Assembly: GCA_016781845.1 (NCBI GenBank)
Contig: JADDPP010000066.1
Span: 1-63,953 of the forward strand
Source: Rubrobacter sp.
GTDB lineage: Bacteria; Chloroflexota; Chloroflexia; Thermobaculales; Thermobaculaceae
Length of the DNA stretch: 63,953 bases
Direction of reading: 5' to 3'
Within the stretch, counting starts at the first letter, position 1. Every line of letters begins with the position of its first letter. A program made the translations under genes and the position numbers. Below the pieces are notes generated by a model that made no database searches, was not told where the DNA came from, and saw only the letters and a list, made by a program, of their open reading frames with translations. Positions 10,164 to 20,147 of the stretch are shown here, in pieces.

Positions 10164-10490
10164 TCAGTGGGCCACTCTCACGTGCTCGTTGCGCTGCTCC
10201 CGTTGATGGAACTGCGCACTGTAATACGGACATCGGAATGTCGCTCCTGCACCAGTTGCAGCAGCATCACCCGCCCCCACCAGCTGATCCACCTGGCTGG
10301 CCATCACGCTTAGCACCACCCTGCCACTGTCCACCTCTTCGATCGCCCCGAACGGCAGGCTCAGTTCGGGCTGCCCTCGGCGCTCGATGGTGAAGCTTGC
10401 AGCGTGAGTCTGCGTGACCTTACCCACCTCTGCACCATCGCATCCAACTACTGACATGCCAGTCTGCACAGCTGTGGAGTCAATGTTCAC
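10164..10490 (-). CDS. DUF2171/PRC-barrel-like small protein
   Basis: ORF 10164..10754 trimmed to the GTG at 10490, 8 nt after AGGAGG. The core MSVVGCDGAEVGKVTQ...LSLPFGAIEEVDSGRVVLSV matches the DUF2171 pattern as I remember it. Confidence 0.45.
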   Translation of the reverse strand: MNIDSTAVQTGMSVVGCDGAEVGKVTQTHAASFTIERRGQPELSLPFGAIEEVDSGRVVLSVMASQVDQLVGAGDAAATGAGATFRCPYYSAQFHQREQRNEHVRVAH

Positions 10491-10756
10491 CTGAACCACC
10501 TCCTGTGTCTGATGTTTACAGATGGCTCCAGTTCCCTGGTTACTGTCATCAAGATGGATGCCTACACATGCTCCATCACGTCCTCGTGCTTTTATGACTG
10601 AGGGGAATAGACCTGTCTTGCTTCCACAGTAGGATTGCAGTTCGGCTCCTTCAAGTAGCCTGGGATGCAGAGGCGCCCTGGCACTCGATGCGTGTCCATG
10701 CCGCATACGGCTTAAGGTCGTGCAGTAGCTAACTCTCACGCCACCCTCGGCCACCA

Positions 10757-13261
10757 GTGGTAGCGGGTGTGAGAGCCAGTCAGATTGGGGTCGTCGGCGA
10801 AGAGCTTGTTGGACGGCCCTTGTTGTTTAGCGGCCACAGCGATACCTGCACGCCGCCCTCTTTGCGGCGTCGAGTGGCTCGGGTTTACAATAGGAGTGTG
10901 ATCCCCCGTAGCTCACTCCGGCGGCGTACGGGACTGCTTGAGGCTCCCCTGCGAGCCCACGCCGACGCCCTCACTCTCGCCCTGATCGTCGCGCTCACGG
11001 TGCTCGCATGGCTACGGCTCATAATCGGGGGCACTATGGTCGGTCAGGACGCGGCCACCCAGTTCTACCCTTGGTTCTCCTACCTGGGCCAGGGGCTGCG
11101 CTCCGGCGGTATACCGGAGTGGAACCCGCACCAGTTCTCGGGCGCGCCGTTCGCCGCCGATCCCCAGAGCGGGTGGATGTACCTACCCGCCATGCTCCTG
11201 TTCACGATGCTGCCCTTCGAGGGGGCGGTAAAGGCGTACATGCTGATCCACCTGCTCCTTGGGGGGTTAGGCATGTACGCACTCGCGAGGGCGCTCGGCA
11301 TGGACACCATTGGAGCCCTGGTGGCGGCGGTTGGGTACGAGTACGCCGGCTTCCTGTACGGCCGCATACCCTGCTGCCCCAACCACAGCGGTATCATGAC
11401 TTGGCTCCCGATAACGATCCTCGGCGCGGAGATGGCGATCAGGAGCCAGGGGAGAGTGAGCAAATGCTTATGGTGGGGTCTATCAGGGCTCGCGCTAAGT
11501 CAGATCCTGGCGATCTGGTTGGGGCAGGGCTCGTACTACGCGCTCCTAGCGCTTGGGGGGTACGTCGCGTATCGCACAGTGCTTGCGCCTCCACAATCTC
11601 CCCGTGACTTCCGGGCACGTCTCACGGCGCTCGTGCTGCACGGCGGTGCCGTGCTTGTGTTCGGGTTCGGCCTGGCCGCAGCCGGCCTGCTCCCCCGCAT
11701 CGAGTACAACCTGCTCTCGAACCTGGCCGGGGGGTATTCAGGTACGGAGCAGGCTGTGATGGGTGGCTGGAGCGTGAAGAGTTGGGGCAACCTCCTCGTG
11801 CGAGACGTATGGTACGTCGGCGGTGCGACTCTCGCGCTGGCCTCCCTATCTGTGTTCATTGCGCGGGGGAGGCCAGCCGTCTGGTACTTCGCCCTTCTCT
11901 GCGCGGCGGCACTGCTGCTCGCTATCCAGATACCGACACCACTCCATCTGGTGCTATACCTCGTGCTGCCCGGATTCGAGCGGCTGCACCCGCACCTCCC
12001 CGAGCACGTGACTGTGTGGCTGTACCTTGGCGCCGCGCTCCTCGCAGGTACCACCGTGACCCACCTCGGACAGAGCGGGACGAACAGCAGGCGTGCAGTA
12101 TGGGTGCTTGCAGCGGGCGCGCTCCTGGCATCCGCCCTCGTCTTGATACTCCCAGTCACCCCGCTTGCTGCCGTGCCGCGGGCAGCGATAGTGGCGAGTG
12201 GGATGGCCCTGGCGCTCTCAGCCGTAGCGCTGGGCACTCGCCGACGCTGGCTCCTGAGAGCGCTCCTCCTGCTCCTGGTGTTCACCGACCTCTCCACTGC
12301 GGGTCCCTGGACTGTCCCTAGCAGGGCAGGGATAGTTCGTAAGGTAGATCTCCAAGGGTTCTATCAGTCCGGTGCTGTAGACGAGTTCTTGCAATCACGA
12401 TCCGAGGAGGGCCCGTTCCGCTTCGTCGGGTACTACCCGGAGATCGGTTTCCTGCACCCGCTGGCAGACGAGCTCCTCGCGGACAACCGGGCGACACCTC
12501 TGGGACTGGAGGACGTGCAGGGGTACAACCCGGTTCACTTGGCCCGTTACGATGAGTACGTGGCAGCGCTCAACAGACGCCCCCAGCGGTTGTATCGCCG
12601 CTCGTACGTGTATGAGCAAGGGTTGCGGTCCCCTCTTCTCGACTTGCTGAACGCGCGCTACCTGATCGTGCCATCGTCGCCGGACCGGCCGGCCCTGCGG
12701 CGGCTGCGCGGGATGTACCCCACCGTGTATAGAGACGGGTCTGTACTCGTGCTCAGGCGAATCGGGGCACTACCGCGGGCATGGATAGTACACTCTGCGC
12801 GGAGGGTGGAGCGTGGGCGGGCGCTGGAGCTGCTGTCGTCGGGCGTGGTGGACCCGAGAAGGACCGCGCTGCTCGAAGTGACTCCACCTGCCCTCGGCCA
12901 ACCAGTGGAGCCGGCGTCCGACCGAGCCTCGGTGGTCCTGTCCAGCGCCGACCGGATGCGTATCAGGACGGCGACGGACGCGCCAGGGTTGCTGGTGCTC
13001 AGTGAGATATACTACCCGGCCTGGAAGGCTTACGTCGATGACCAGCCAGCTCCACTACTGGTGACGGACCATGTCCTGCGGGCTGTGCCGGTGCCGGCTG
13101 GCGAGCATCTGGTCGAGCTACGCTACGAGTCTGCGGCGCTCAGAGTAGGGGTGTTCATTTCTATAGTCTTTTACGTGCTGCTTGTCGCGGTTGGGCTTGC
13201 AGCTGTACTGCGGCGATACCGAGCCCCGCCACCGTTGAGTGTCGAATCAGTGCCCGTCTGA
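10757..13261 (+). CDS. YfhO-family polytopic membrane protein (putative glycosyl-transfer/envelope assembly)
   Basis: 834-aa ORF with many TM segments. It carries the YfhO-like motif QFYPWFSYLGQGLRSGGIPEWNPHQFSGAPFAADPQSGWMYLP. The true start is uncertain; GTG 10874 is an alternative. Confidence 0.7.
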   Translation: MVAGVRASQIGVVGEELVGRPLLFSGHSDTCTPPSLRRRVARVYNRSVIPRSSLRRRTGLLEAPLRAHADALTLALIVALTVLAWLRLIIGGTMVGQDAATQFYPWFSYLGQGLRSGGIPEWNPHQFSGAPFAADPQSGWMYLPAMLLFTMLPFEGAVKAYMLIHLLLGGLGMYALARALGMDTIGALVAAVGYEYAGFLYGRIPCCPNHSGIMTWLPITILGAEMAIRSQGRVSKCLWWGLSGLALSQILAIWLGQGSYYALLALGGYVAYRTVLAPPQSPRDFRARLTALVLHGGAVLVFGFGLAAAGLLPRIEYNLLSNLAGGYSGTEQAVMGGWSVKSWGNLLVRDVWYVGGATLALASLSVFIARGRPAVWYFALLCAAALLLAIQIPTPLHLVLYLVLPGFERLHPHLPEHVTVWLYLGAALLAGTTVTHLGQSGTNSRRAVWVLAAGALLASALVLILPVTPLAAVPRAAIVASGMALALSAVALGTRRRWLLRALLLLLVFTDLSTAGPWTVPSRAGIVRKVDLQGFYQSGAVDEFLQSRSEEGPFRFVGYYPEIGFLHPLADELLADNRATPLGLEDVQGYNPVHLARYDEYVAALNRRPQRLYRRSYVYEQGLRSPLLDLLNARYLIVPSSPDRPALRRLRGMYPTVYRDGSVLVLRRIGALPRAWIVHSARRVERGRALELLSSGVVDPRRTALLEVTPPALGQPVEPASDRASVVLSSADRMRIRTATDAPGLLVLSEIYYPAWKAYVDDQPAPLLVTDHVLRAVPVPAGEHLVELRYESAALRVGVFISIVFYVLLVAVGLAAVLRRYRAPPPLSVESVPV

Positions 13262-13401
13262 GTCTGGATACACGAGAGCCGCGCGGGCTGCGCTGCGACT
13301 GCTGCAAGTGCAAGGTCAGGGCTGCATGCTCTCAGTTCGCAGGAATGACCCGGAAGTCGTACCACTTAACGCTAACGGTCAGTAGTCCGTCCTCGGATGT
13401 C

Positions 13402-14568
13402 CTACTCGTAAACCGCCTTGCCTACCTCGTTCTTCCTCACGTAGTCCCAGTCGATCTCCACGCCCAACCCTGGACCCTGAGGCACTGGCACATGGCCCCG
13501 CGCGTCAACAGCATCCAGCTCATCAGAGTACCCATCCTTGTATATCGGCGCCTCCTTGTGGGTTACCTTCGGATGCACCAGCCCGAGCTCGTAGTAATTG
13601 GTGTTCCGCAACGCTGCCATGCAATGCCGGTGGGCAGGCCCCGGTGCGTGGATCTCGCAGTCGAGCCCGAAGCCCTCCGCCGCGTGCGCTATCTTCATCA
13701 ACCCGGTGATGCCCCCATCGTAGTCGGCATCCGCGCGCACAAAGTCCGTCGCCTCAGCGAGTATCAGGTCGACGTGGGGCTCGAGTGCGCGGACGTGTTC
13801 TCCTATCAGGAGGGGTGTGCGGATCATCTGCCGCAGCTTGCGGTGCGCGAACCCCGAGACGCCCCCGTCTTTGAACGGGTCCTCGTACCACAGGAAGCTC
13901 GCCTCGTCACACGCGCGCCCGACCTTCAGCGCATCTGCGAACGTGTCGTACTCGCAGGCCGGGTCGATCATCAGGTCCATCCCATTACCGACCTGCTCCC
14001 GCACCGCCAGCACGTTGGCGATCTCGCGCTCAATCGGTCCCTTGCCCCAGCCGTGAATCTTGAACGCCGGGTAGCCCATCTGCTGGCACTGGAGTGCGAA
14101 CTCAGCGAATGCCTGCGGGCTGTCAAGCCCCCCTGCCTCGTCCCCGTGGAACGTGCTAGCGTACGCTGGCAGCGTCTCGCGGTAACCCCCCAACAGCTCG
14201 CATACGGGCACTCCGTACAGCTTGCCTGCGATGTCCCACAGCGCGATGTCGATCGGCCCCAGTCCGAAGCGATCGTGCTTGCGAAGCGCCCGCTTCAGGT
14301 CGTTGTAGATGCGCTCCCGCTGCAGTGGGTCCTTCCCTAGCAGGTACTGGGCAACCATCCCCACCTGGGCATAAGAGACGTCATTGCCACCGACGTACTC
14401 CCCCGTCATCCCGGCGTCGGTCTCGATAGTGAAGACGTAGCCTGTCATCCTCAGTCGGTTTCCGGGCTCGTACACGAGATTGAAGCCGTTGTGGTCGTAC
14501 CCCAGGTCGGTCAGGTCCCAGCCGTACTGATGCACAGTGAGGCGGGTGATGCGGAGCGCGGATTTCAT
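13402..14568 (-). CDS. Enolase-superfamily enzyme (mandelate racemase/muconate lactonizing family, sugar-acid dehydratase-like)
   Basis: 388 aa with a capping domain followed by a barrel. It has GPIDIALWDIAGK and later metal-ligand Asp/Glu positions (DPACEYD, WYEDPF, IGEH). Confidence 0.75.
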   Translation of the reverse strand: MKSALRITRLTVHQYGWDLTDLGYDHNGFNLVYEPGNRLRMTGYVFTIETDAGMTGEYVGGNDVSYAQVGMVAQYLLGKDPLQRERIYNDLKRALRKHDRFGLGPIDIALWDIAGKLYGVPVCELLGGYRETLPAYASTFHGDEAGGLDSPQAFAEFALQCQQMGYPAFKIHGWGKGPIEREIANVLAVREQVGNGMDLMIDPACEYDTFADALKVGRACDEASFLWYEDPFKDGGVSGFAHRKLRQMIRTPLLIGEHVRALEPHVDLILAEATDFVRADADYDGGITGLMKIAHAAEGFGLDCEIHAPGPAHRHCMAALRNTNYYELGLVHPKVTHKEAPIYKDGYSDELDAVDARGHVPVPQGPGLGVEIDWDYVRKNEVGKAVYE

Positions 14569-14928
14569 CCTGTCCTCTCCTTGTCTGCGTCAGGGCCGCA
14601 CGTGCGGCGCAGAGAAACCTCTGCAAGTGTCCTATATGGTTCTACAACCGCTGTCTCGACGAAGCCGGGTCAGGAGTTACAGGAATGGTTGGGAGTGACT
14701 GCATCAACCCTCCCCACTCATTACCGTCTTTCCAAGCAGGCCGCGGGAGGCGGAGTGTATCTACTGCTCGATAGTGCACGCGGGGGCGGACTACTTATCG
14801 AGCACGCCCCCATCCGGCTTGGGCCTACATCGGAACCAGCATACCACACTGCACACAGAGCATCTCATCGGTCACGTAGCTCGACCAGGGTGATGTAAGA
14901 GTCCCTCTCAGCACGCCATACACCTGTG

Positions 14929-14952
14929 GAGACGTAGCACATGCTACGTCTC
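14929..14952. repeat. REP-like palindrome, copy A (GAGACGTAGCA-CA-TGCTACGTCTC)
   Basis: 11-bp perfect inverted arms read directly from the sequence. The site is intergenic and belongs to a 5-copy family. Confidence 0.8.
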
Positions 14953-15035
14953 TGCGATCTCTCGGACACCTTTGCCGGCCAACATGATTCAAAAGTCGCC
15001 GTTGGTGGGGGTGGGCACGTTCGTAGACGGTACGC

Positions 15036-15066
15036 AGACGTTGCGCAGACATTGCGTGCAACGTCT
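15036..15066. repeat. REP-like palindrome, copy B (AGACGTTGC-13 nt-GCAACGTCT, loop holds a degenerate half-copy)
   Basis: 9-bp inverted arms. It sits about 85 nt from copy A in the same 820-nt gene-free gap. Confidence 0.7.
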
Positions 15067-15388
15067 CTACAGTCGTTTCACACTGCACACGCTGATGTAA
15101 CGGCTATACATCTGCCGGAAGTGGCGGGTGGAGGGCTCCGATGCCGACTGTGAGATCGCCCTGGTAGCTCGACTCCTGACTAGCTAGTTTTGGTGGAAGG
15201 TCCTGTTTCTGAGGCATGGGCCTCCAGTAACCCAGGGAAGTGCGTAGCTTCTCCAAGGCTACCGGGAACCAAACCACCTTCTTCGCGCCAGAAAGTAGCC
15301 GGCGATCACAGGTATTGCCCATTGACGGGAACCGGCCTCACTGCTACGCTGCGGCAGCAGGCAGTTGTACGAGGAGGAGAGTAGTTGA

Positions 15389-16504
15389 ATGCCACGTGAG
15401 CTGATAGCAGTCGCGCCCCGGACGCCGGTGCTGCGCGAGTACGACGAACCCCCTCTCGGTCCCACGCAAATACGCATCCGCACGGAGTTCGCCGCACCGA
15501 AACACGGCACGGAGTTGGTGGTCTACCGCGCGGAACCGGCGGCGAGCCGCCCGTATGACCGGGAGCTTGGCGCGGTAATGGCGCGACTGCCCGAGCGAGG
15601 TGCCGGCTCCTTCCCCATGCGACTAGGCAATATGGCAGTCGGCGTTGTGGCAGAGGTAGGCTCGGAAGTGTCACGGTTTCAGCCGGGCGACCGGGTGTTC
15701 GGCCACTTGCCGATCCGCGAGACGCATACGGTGGAGGAGACGCACGCCGACCGGATGCCCGAGGGATTGAGCGCGGAGGCGGCGGTGTGCCTCGATCCGG
15801 CGGTGATGATGATGGCGATGCGTGATGCCGACATCCGCCTCGGAGACCACGTTGCGGTGTTCGGGCTCGGCGCACTGGGGCTGATGGGCGTGCAGATGGC
15901 GCGAATAGCTGGAGCGGACAGGGTAATAGCGGTGGACCCGATCGCGCCCCGGCGAGAGCTTGCCCTCAGACTCGGCGCGGACGTGGTGTTGGACCCAGCG
16001 GCCGACGGCGCGGACGTGGGGCTGGCGATCCGGCGGCAAACCGGGGGGTTTTCATCTGCGGAACCGCTCCAGCGCACCAGGCTTCTGGGCGGCTACTGGG
16101 AGGCGCCATCGCAGACCGGGCAGCTGGGGGTGGACGTCGCGGTGGAGTCATCCGGTAGCATCCAGGCGTTGCACCACGCCATCCGCTCCACCCGCTTCGG
16201 CGGCACGGTCTGTGTCATCTCGTACTACGGGGGCGAGGCCGCGGGGCTGCGTCTGGGAGAGGAGTTCCACATCAACCGACTGAAGCTGGTTTCCGCGCGC
16301 GCCGAGAGCCTGCCCCTACGCGACGCTCCCGGCTGGAATCTGCGGCGGCTGGTGGAGGTGGCACTGGGGTGGCTGGCGAGCGGCAGGCTGCGCGCGGAAG
16401 GCATAGTGACACCGATTGTGCGCTTTGATGACGCTGCCGAGGCATACCGCGAGATCGACGAGCATCCTGAGCGCAGCATCAAGCTGGGCGTCCGGTTCGG
16501 GTGA
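15389..16504 (+). CDS. Medium-chain (zinc-type) alcohol/polyol dehydrogenase family protein
   Basis: 371 aa. The ATG lies after GAGGAGGAG. It has a GroES-like N-terminal domain and a Rossmann motif VFGLGALGLMGVQMA. Confidence 0.75.
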   Translation: MPRELIAVAPRTPVLREYDEPPLGPTQIRIRTEFAAPKHGTELVVYRAEPAASRPYDRELGAVMARLPERGAGSFPMRLGNMAVGVVAEVGSEVSRFQPGDRVFGHLPIRETHTVEETHADRMPEGLSAEAAVCLDPAVMMMAMRDADIRLGDHVAVFGLGALGLMGVQMARIAGADRVIAVDPIAPRRELALRLGADVVLDPAADGADVGLAIRRQTGGFSSAEPLQRTRLLGGYWEAPSQTGQLGVDVAVESSGSIQALHHAIRSTRFGGTVCVISYYGGEAAGLRLGEEFHINRLKLVSARAESLPLRDAPGWNLRRLVEVALGWLASGRLRAEGIVTPIVRFDDAAEAYREIDEHPERSIKLGVRFG

Positions 16505-16624
16505 ACAGCCTTCCTCCTCGCCGGATACGGGCCCTAAACCACGGGAGCCACGGCGGCATCGGCTGGCACAGAAGCGATAACTTTTGGTTACTCCTACACC
16601 TGATGGGCAGTCGGGCCGGAGACG

Positions 16625-17164
16625 TTACGAGCTTGGAGTAGTATCTGTATCGGCATTGATTGGCCTGAGCTCATCGCGGTACGTCCACTTTGACGGGTCC
16701 TGAAGCACCTGCCGCGCTTCCATCACGCGAGCGCCCGCGGCCACCAGGACGAGGACATCGCCTGACTCGTACCTCTCCTGACATCGCCGGGCCTCGTCAT
16801 CCGCAACACCCAACGCGCCGAGCGCTCCAGCGAGACTGGAGGCCCCTGTTTCCGCCACGGTTACGGCGAGTGGTCCGCCGATCAGGATGCCGACGTTTGG
16901 TACTATCAGTCCGGTCGTGCCAACGGAGATGCCCCCCGGCCCGGTGTGCTCCTCGCTCATGATAGCGCCGGGATCTTCGACCACACCAACTCCCGTGTCG
17001 CCCGTCGCCCGCTCCGCTATTCCCGTGTCATGCACAGCTATGCTGATATCCTCTGTACTGAAATTGGCATCGTGAAGCGCTCGCACCGCGGCCTCCGCAT
17101 CCAGGGGGTCGCCGAAGGTTTCAGCTACCAAGCCTCCCTGTTGCCGGTATCTATCAAGAGTCAT
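16625..17164 (-). CDS. General-stress-protein-like (YflT/GSP17M-type N-domain) Gly-rich protein
   Basis: 179 aa. The N-terminal pattern is FGDPLDAEAAVRALHDANFSTEDISIAV, followed by a Gly/Val-rich middle. Confidence 0.45.
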   Translation of the reverse strand: MTLDRYRQQGGLVAETFGDPLDAEAAVRALHDANFSTEDISIAVHDTGIAERATGDTGVGVVEDPGAIMSEEHTGPGGISVGTTGLIVPNVGILIGGPLAVTVAETGASSLAGALGALGVADDEARRCQERYESGDVLVLVAAGARVMEARQVLQDPSKWTYRDELRPINADTDTTPSS

Positions 17165-17505
17165 ATAAGTTACCCCACTACTAAGCGTTTACCATACGAC
17201 AACTGCTGCAAGCGCACGGCGCAACCGGTATGCCACGTAGCATTCGGATACGCTCCCCCCACGGAGGCGAGTTCGCGGCGTGGAACGGCATTCGCACGAA
17301 TGCTTGCGCATAAGTATGGTAGCTTCTCAGGAATCGCCAACCTGGAGCAGCGGATTCGACGCTTCGCTCAGAAGGACAGCCGGATGGCCTTCACATGGAA
17401 ACCATCTGACCCTCGACCTGATACCCTGTTAGATGCGTGTGCTAGTATTAGAACTGTGGCAGGGGCGACGGCACGCTGCGGGGTAGCCGAGCGTGGAGGG
17501 GACAC

Positions 17506-18453
17506 GTGCGTAACATCGCGATCTTCAGCGGCAGCGCGCATCCGGTACTCGCGAACGAGGTGTGCGCCAGCCTGGGTGCGAAGCTCTCGCCGACGACGAT
17601 TGAGCGTTACAGCAATGACTGCATCGGCGTGCAGTTGAACGACAATTGCCGCGAGAGCGACGTCTTTCTGGTCCAGCCGCTCGTGCCGCCGGTCCAGGAG
17701 CATCTGGCGGAGCTGCTGCTTATGCTCGACGCTGCTCGCGGCGCTTCCGCCGCACGCACCACGGCGGTTATCCCGTATTACGCTTACGCCCGGTCCGACA
17801 AGAAGGACGCTCCGCGCATCTCGATTGCTGGTCGCCTTGTGGCCGACCTGCTGGTAACCGCGGGCGCCAACCGGGTGCTGACGATGACTCTACACGCACC
17901 GCAGGTTCACGGTTTCTTCAGCGTTCCGGTGGATCACCTGAACGCGCTTGATGTGCTCGCGGGCCACTTCCGCGGTCGCAACCTGCACGACGCGGTGGTG
18001 GTATCGCCCGACCTTGGCAATGCCAAGTCCGCTTCGCAGTTCGCGCGGCTGCTCGACCTACCTGTAGCTGCTGGAAGAAAGCAGCGCATCAGCGACGAGG
18101 AGGTCGTGATTGACACTATCGTCGGGGACGTGGCGGGCAAGGACATCATACTGCTCGATGACGAGATCTCCAGCGGTGGAACAATCGTGGAGATGCTCAA
18201 GCTGCTGCGTGACCGAGGCGCGCGCCGGGTGTCGGTGGTCTGTACACACGGCCTCTTCACGAAGGGCGCACTGGAGCGGATCGGCGCGCAGCCCGAGGTC
18301 GAGGAGATAGTGAGTACAGACACGGTGCCGCTGTCTGTACAGAAGTACGTGCCAAACCTCCACGTCCTCTCCATCGCACCATTGCTGGCCGAGGCGATAC
18401 AGCGCATCCACAACGGGGAATCTGTCAGCAGCCTCTTTGTGGCGCACACGTAG
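17506..18453 (+). CDS. prs: Ribose-phosphate pyrophosphokinase
   Basis: GTG start. The N-terminus is IAIFSGSAHPVLANEVCASLG and the PRPP-binding loop is IILLDDEISSGGT. Confidence 0.92.
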   Translation: MRNIAIFSGSAHPVLANEVCASLGAKLSPTTIERYSNDCIGVQLNDNCRESDVFLVQPLVPPVQEHLAELLLMLDAARGASAARTTAVIPYYAYARSDKKDAPRISIAGRLVADLLVTAGANRVLTMTLHAPQVHGFFSVPVDHLNALDVLAGHFRGRNLHDAVVVSPDLGNAKSASQFARLLDLPVAAGRKQRISDEEVVIDTIVGDVAGKDIILLDDEISSGGTIVEMLKLLRDRGARRVSVVCTHGLFTKGALERIGAQPEVEEIVSTDTVPLSVQKYVPNLHVLSIAPLLAEAIQRIHNGESVSSLFVAHT

Positions 18454-18773
18454 CCCGCGTCAGACAGAGGGTTACGGACATCCATCGGACGCTGAGGTCA
18501 CGACCGCCCCTCATGGCACACGGCTCACACGAAATCCTGGTGAGCAGCCACTCACCGTGTCATTTCCCGATTGCGAGGAATCCGCACCTTGGGACCACAG
18601 ATTCCAAGCGAAGCGAAGACCGACACTCCTCTGGCCTGTACCCGGACTCCGTATCAGTGCCTGCATTGAGGCGGTTCAGCCGTCCTGGACTGGCACGTAG
18701 CACGGCCGCTCAGGGATGGCATCACCGCGAGAGGCGGGCAGATCCGGGGCGTTGCGATTGACCTGGTGTGCGG

Positions 18774-18795
18774 GAGACGTAGCACGCTACGTCTC
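18774..18795. repeat. REP-like palindrome, copy C (GAGACGTAGC-AC-GCTACGTCTC)
   Basis: 10-bp inverted arms lying between the convergent prs and GH172 genes. The flanks are TGTGCGGGAG... and ...TAC. Confidence 0.8.
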
Positions 18796-18811
18796 TACAT
18801 ACTTTGGGGTA

Positions 18812-19882
18812 CTACACCACTTCTAGCGCGTCGGCGTCTGGGGTCGGTGGTTTCGGTGAGGAGGTCTCCCGCTGGTACCAGAAGGCGGTAGAGGCGATGT
18901 CGTCCTGCAGCGGCAGGTAGCGTCCACCGGAGCGCCAGCCCAGCGCCTGGATCGTAACCCGCAGGTCCTGATGGAAGCGGATGGGGTCAGGGATGTGCCA
19001 GCGATACATGCCGAAGCGCTGCTGGCTGCGGTACTGCCCGTCCGGACGGATTATCTGGTTCAGGCCGAGGAACGGGGTTGTGTACGCGGTGTATCCCTGC
19101 CCCGGCACGTCGAAGTTCCACGCGCCGCCGAAGTAGTCCTCCGTGCCTGTGCCGCAGATGGTCGGAAACTCCGTGTCACCATCGAGGTAGAACTTGATCT
19201 CGCCCTCGCCCCACCAACCGTTGCTGTTCACCTGCCACGCCAGGTACGTCCCCACGTAGTGTCCGCTGCCCTGAATGCCCTGAAGCAGTGTGTGAACGTC
19301 CTTGTAAGGCAACGGGTTGCTGCGCCGCCACTGCGCGTGGAAGTAGGCCGCGTCCTCGGGCACCTCTGCCAGAGCGTACGTGACCTGGTAGTAGAGTACG
19401 ACTTCCTCGGTCGCGACGCTCTCTATGGTAATCCTTGCGGCTCGGCGGAAGGGCATCTCCCAGTAGGAGTTGAACCCGCCGTTGGGGGCGACGACCACGG
19501 GCACTGAACCGACGTGGCTGTACTCGCCCCAGCCGTTGCAGAAGAAGTCTCCCACAGGAACCTCGACAGCAGGAGCCTCGTCATCCTCCCAATAGAAGCG
19601 CAGGATCAGCCGACGCCAGTGGCGGACGTGAGTGGTGAGCCATATGTGCTGGATTGCGCCCTCGCCCCTGATGTCGGCCAGGGTTGCCACCTCGCCGGGT
19701 TGTATCCTGATGCTAGGGGATACCTTCCATCCTCGGCCGAGGTCGCGCGCGGCGGCGGCCCCGGTGCCCTCCGTCGCCATAGCTCCCCGCCCCTTCTCCC
19801 CCGTTGGGTTCTCCGCGCTGATGGATCGGGTCTGGGCCCCGGAGAGTCGGGACAGATGGCCTGAGCCGAAGACGATACTCAT
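18812..19882 (-). CDS. DUF2961 / glycoside hydrolase family 172-like protein
   Basis: 356 aa. The N-terminus is SRLSGAQTRSISAENPTGEKG and IQHIWLT plus a double jelly-roll pattern are characteristic of DUF2961. Confidence 0.75.
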   Translation of the reverse strand: MSIVFGSGHLSRLSGAQTRSISAENPTGEKGRGAMATEGTGAAAARDLGRGWKVSPSIRIQPGEVATLADIRGEGAIQHIWLTTHVRHWRRLILRFYWEDDEAPAVEVPVGDFFCNGWGEYSHVGSVPVVVAPNGGFNSYWEMPFRRAARITIESVATEEVVLYYQVTYALAEVPEDAAYFHAQWRRSNPLPYKDVHTLLQGIQGSGHYVGTYLAWQVNSNGWWGEGEIKFYLDGDTEFPTICGTGTEDYFGGAWNFDVPGQGYTAYTTPFLGLNQIIRPDGQYRSQQRFGMYRWHIPDPIRFHQDLRVTIQALGWRSGGRYLPLQDDIASTAFWYQRETSSPKPPTPDADALEVV

Positions 19883-20147
19883 GTGGGTGTGGACCTCCTG
19901 ATAGTTATGCTGTGACGTGATGCAGCTTTTCGTAGCGCCAGGTCATACAAATACGAAGAGCTGGTCACGCACTCTGTTATTTCGAGCCTGCAAGCAATTT
20001 CACACACTGTGCGAGAGCACCTGTCAGGATGGTAGGCGGTAAGCGTCCAACTTGACAAAGTACCCTCATCGAGTCGAGCGCCACCACCTGTCCGAATTAT
20101 TGCACAGTTCAGTAGAGGACGTACGGCGAAGCGGTTGAGCATTCAGC

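Noticed and set aside
10491-10754. N-terminal 88 codons of the listed 196-aa ORF 10164..10754
   Set aside because: This part shows no family resemblance and has an odd composition. A strong AGGAGG-8 nt-GTG lies at 10490 just before the DUF2171-like core.
14825-15088. 87-aa ORF (..VETLHAMS..RRDVACATS..) and similar ORFs at 55655..55858 and 55704..55928
   Set aside because: These ORFs arise from reading through the REP-like palindromes. The recurring peptides come from the DNA repeat, not from a protein family.
14569-15388. 820-nt gene-free gap as a possible ncRNA or missed gene
   Set aside because: I found only weak ORFs (for example 15104..15322) with poor composition. Besides the two REP copies I saw short repeated words (CACACTGCACAC, GTAGCTCGAC, GATGTAA) and a GGGGGCG/CGCCCCC hairpin (about 14784-14811), but nothing I can assign. 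It is left unannotated.
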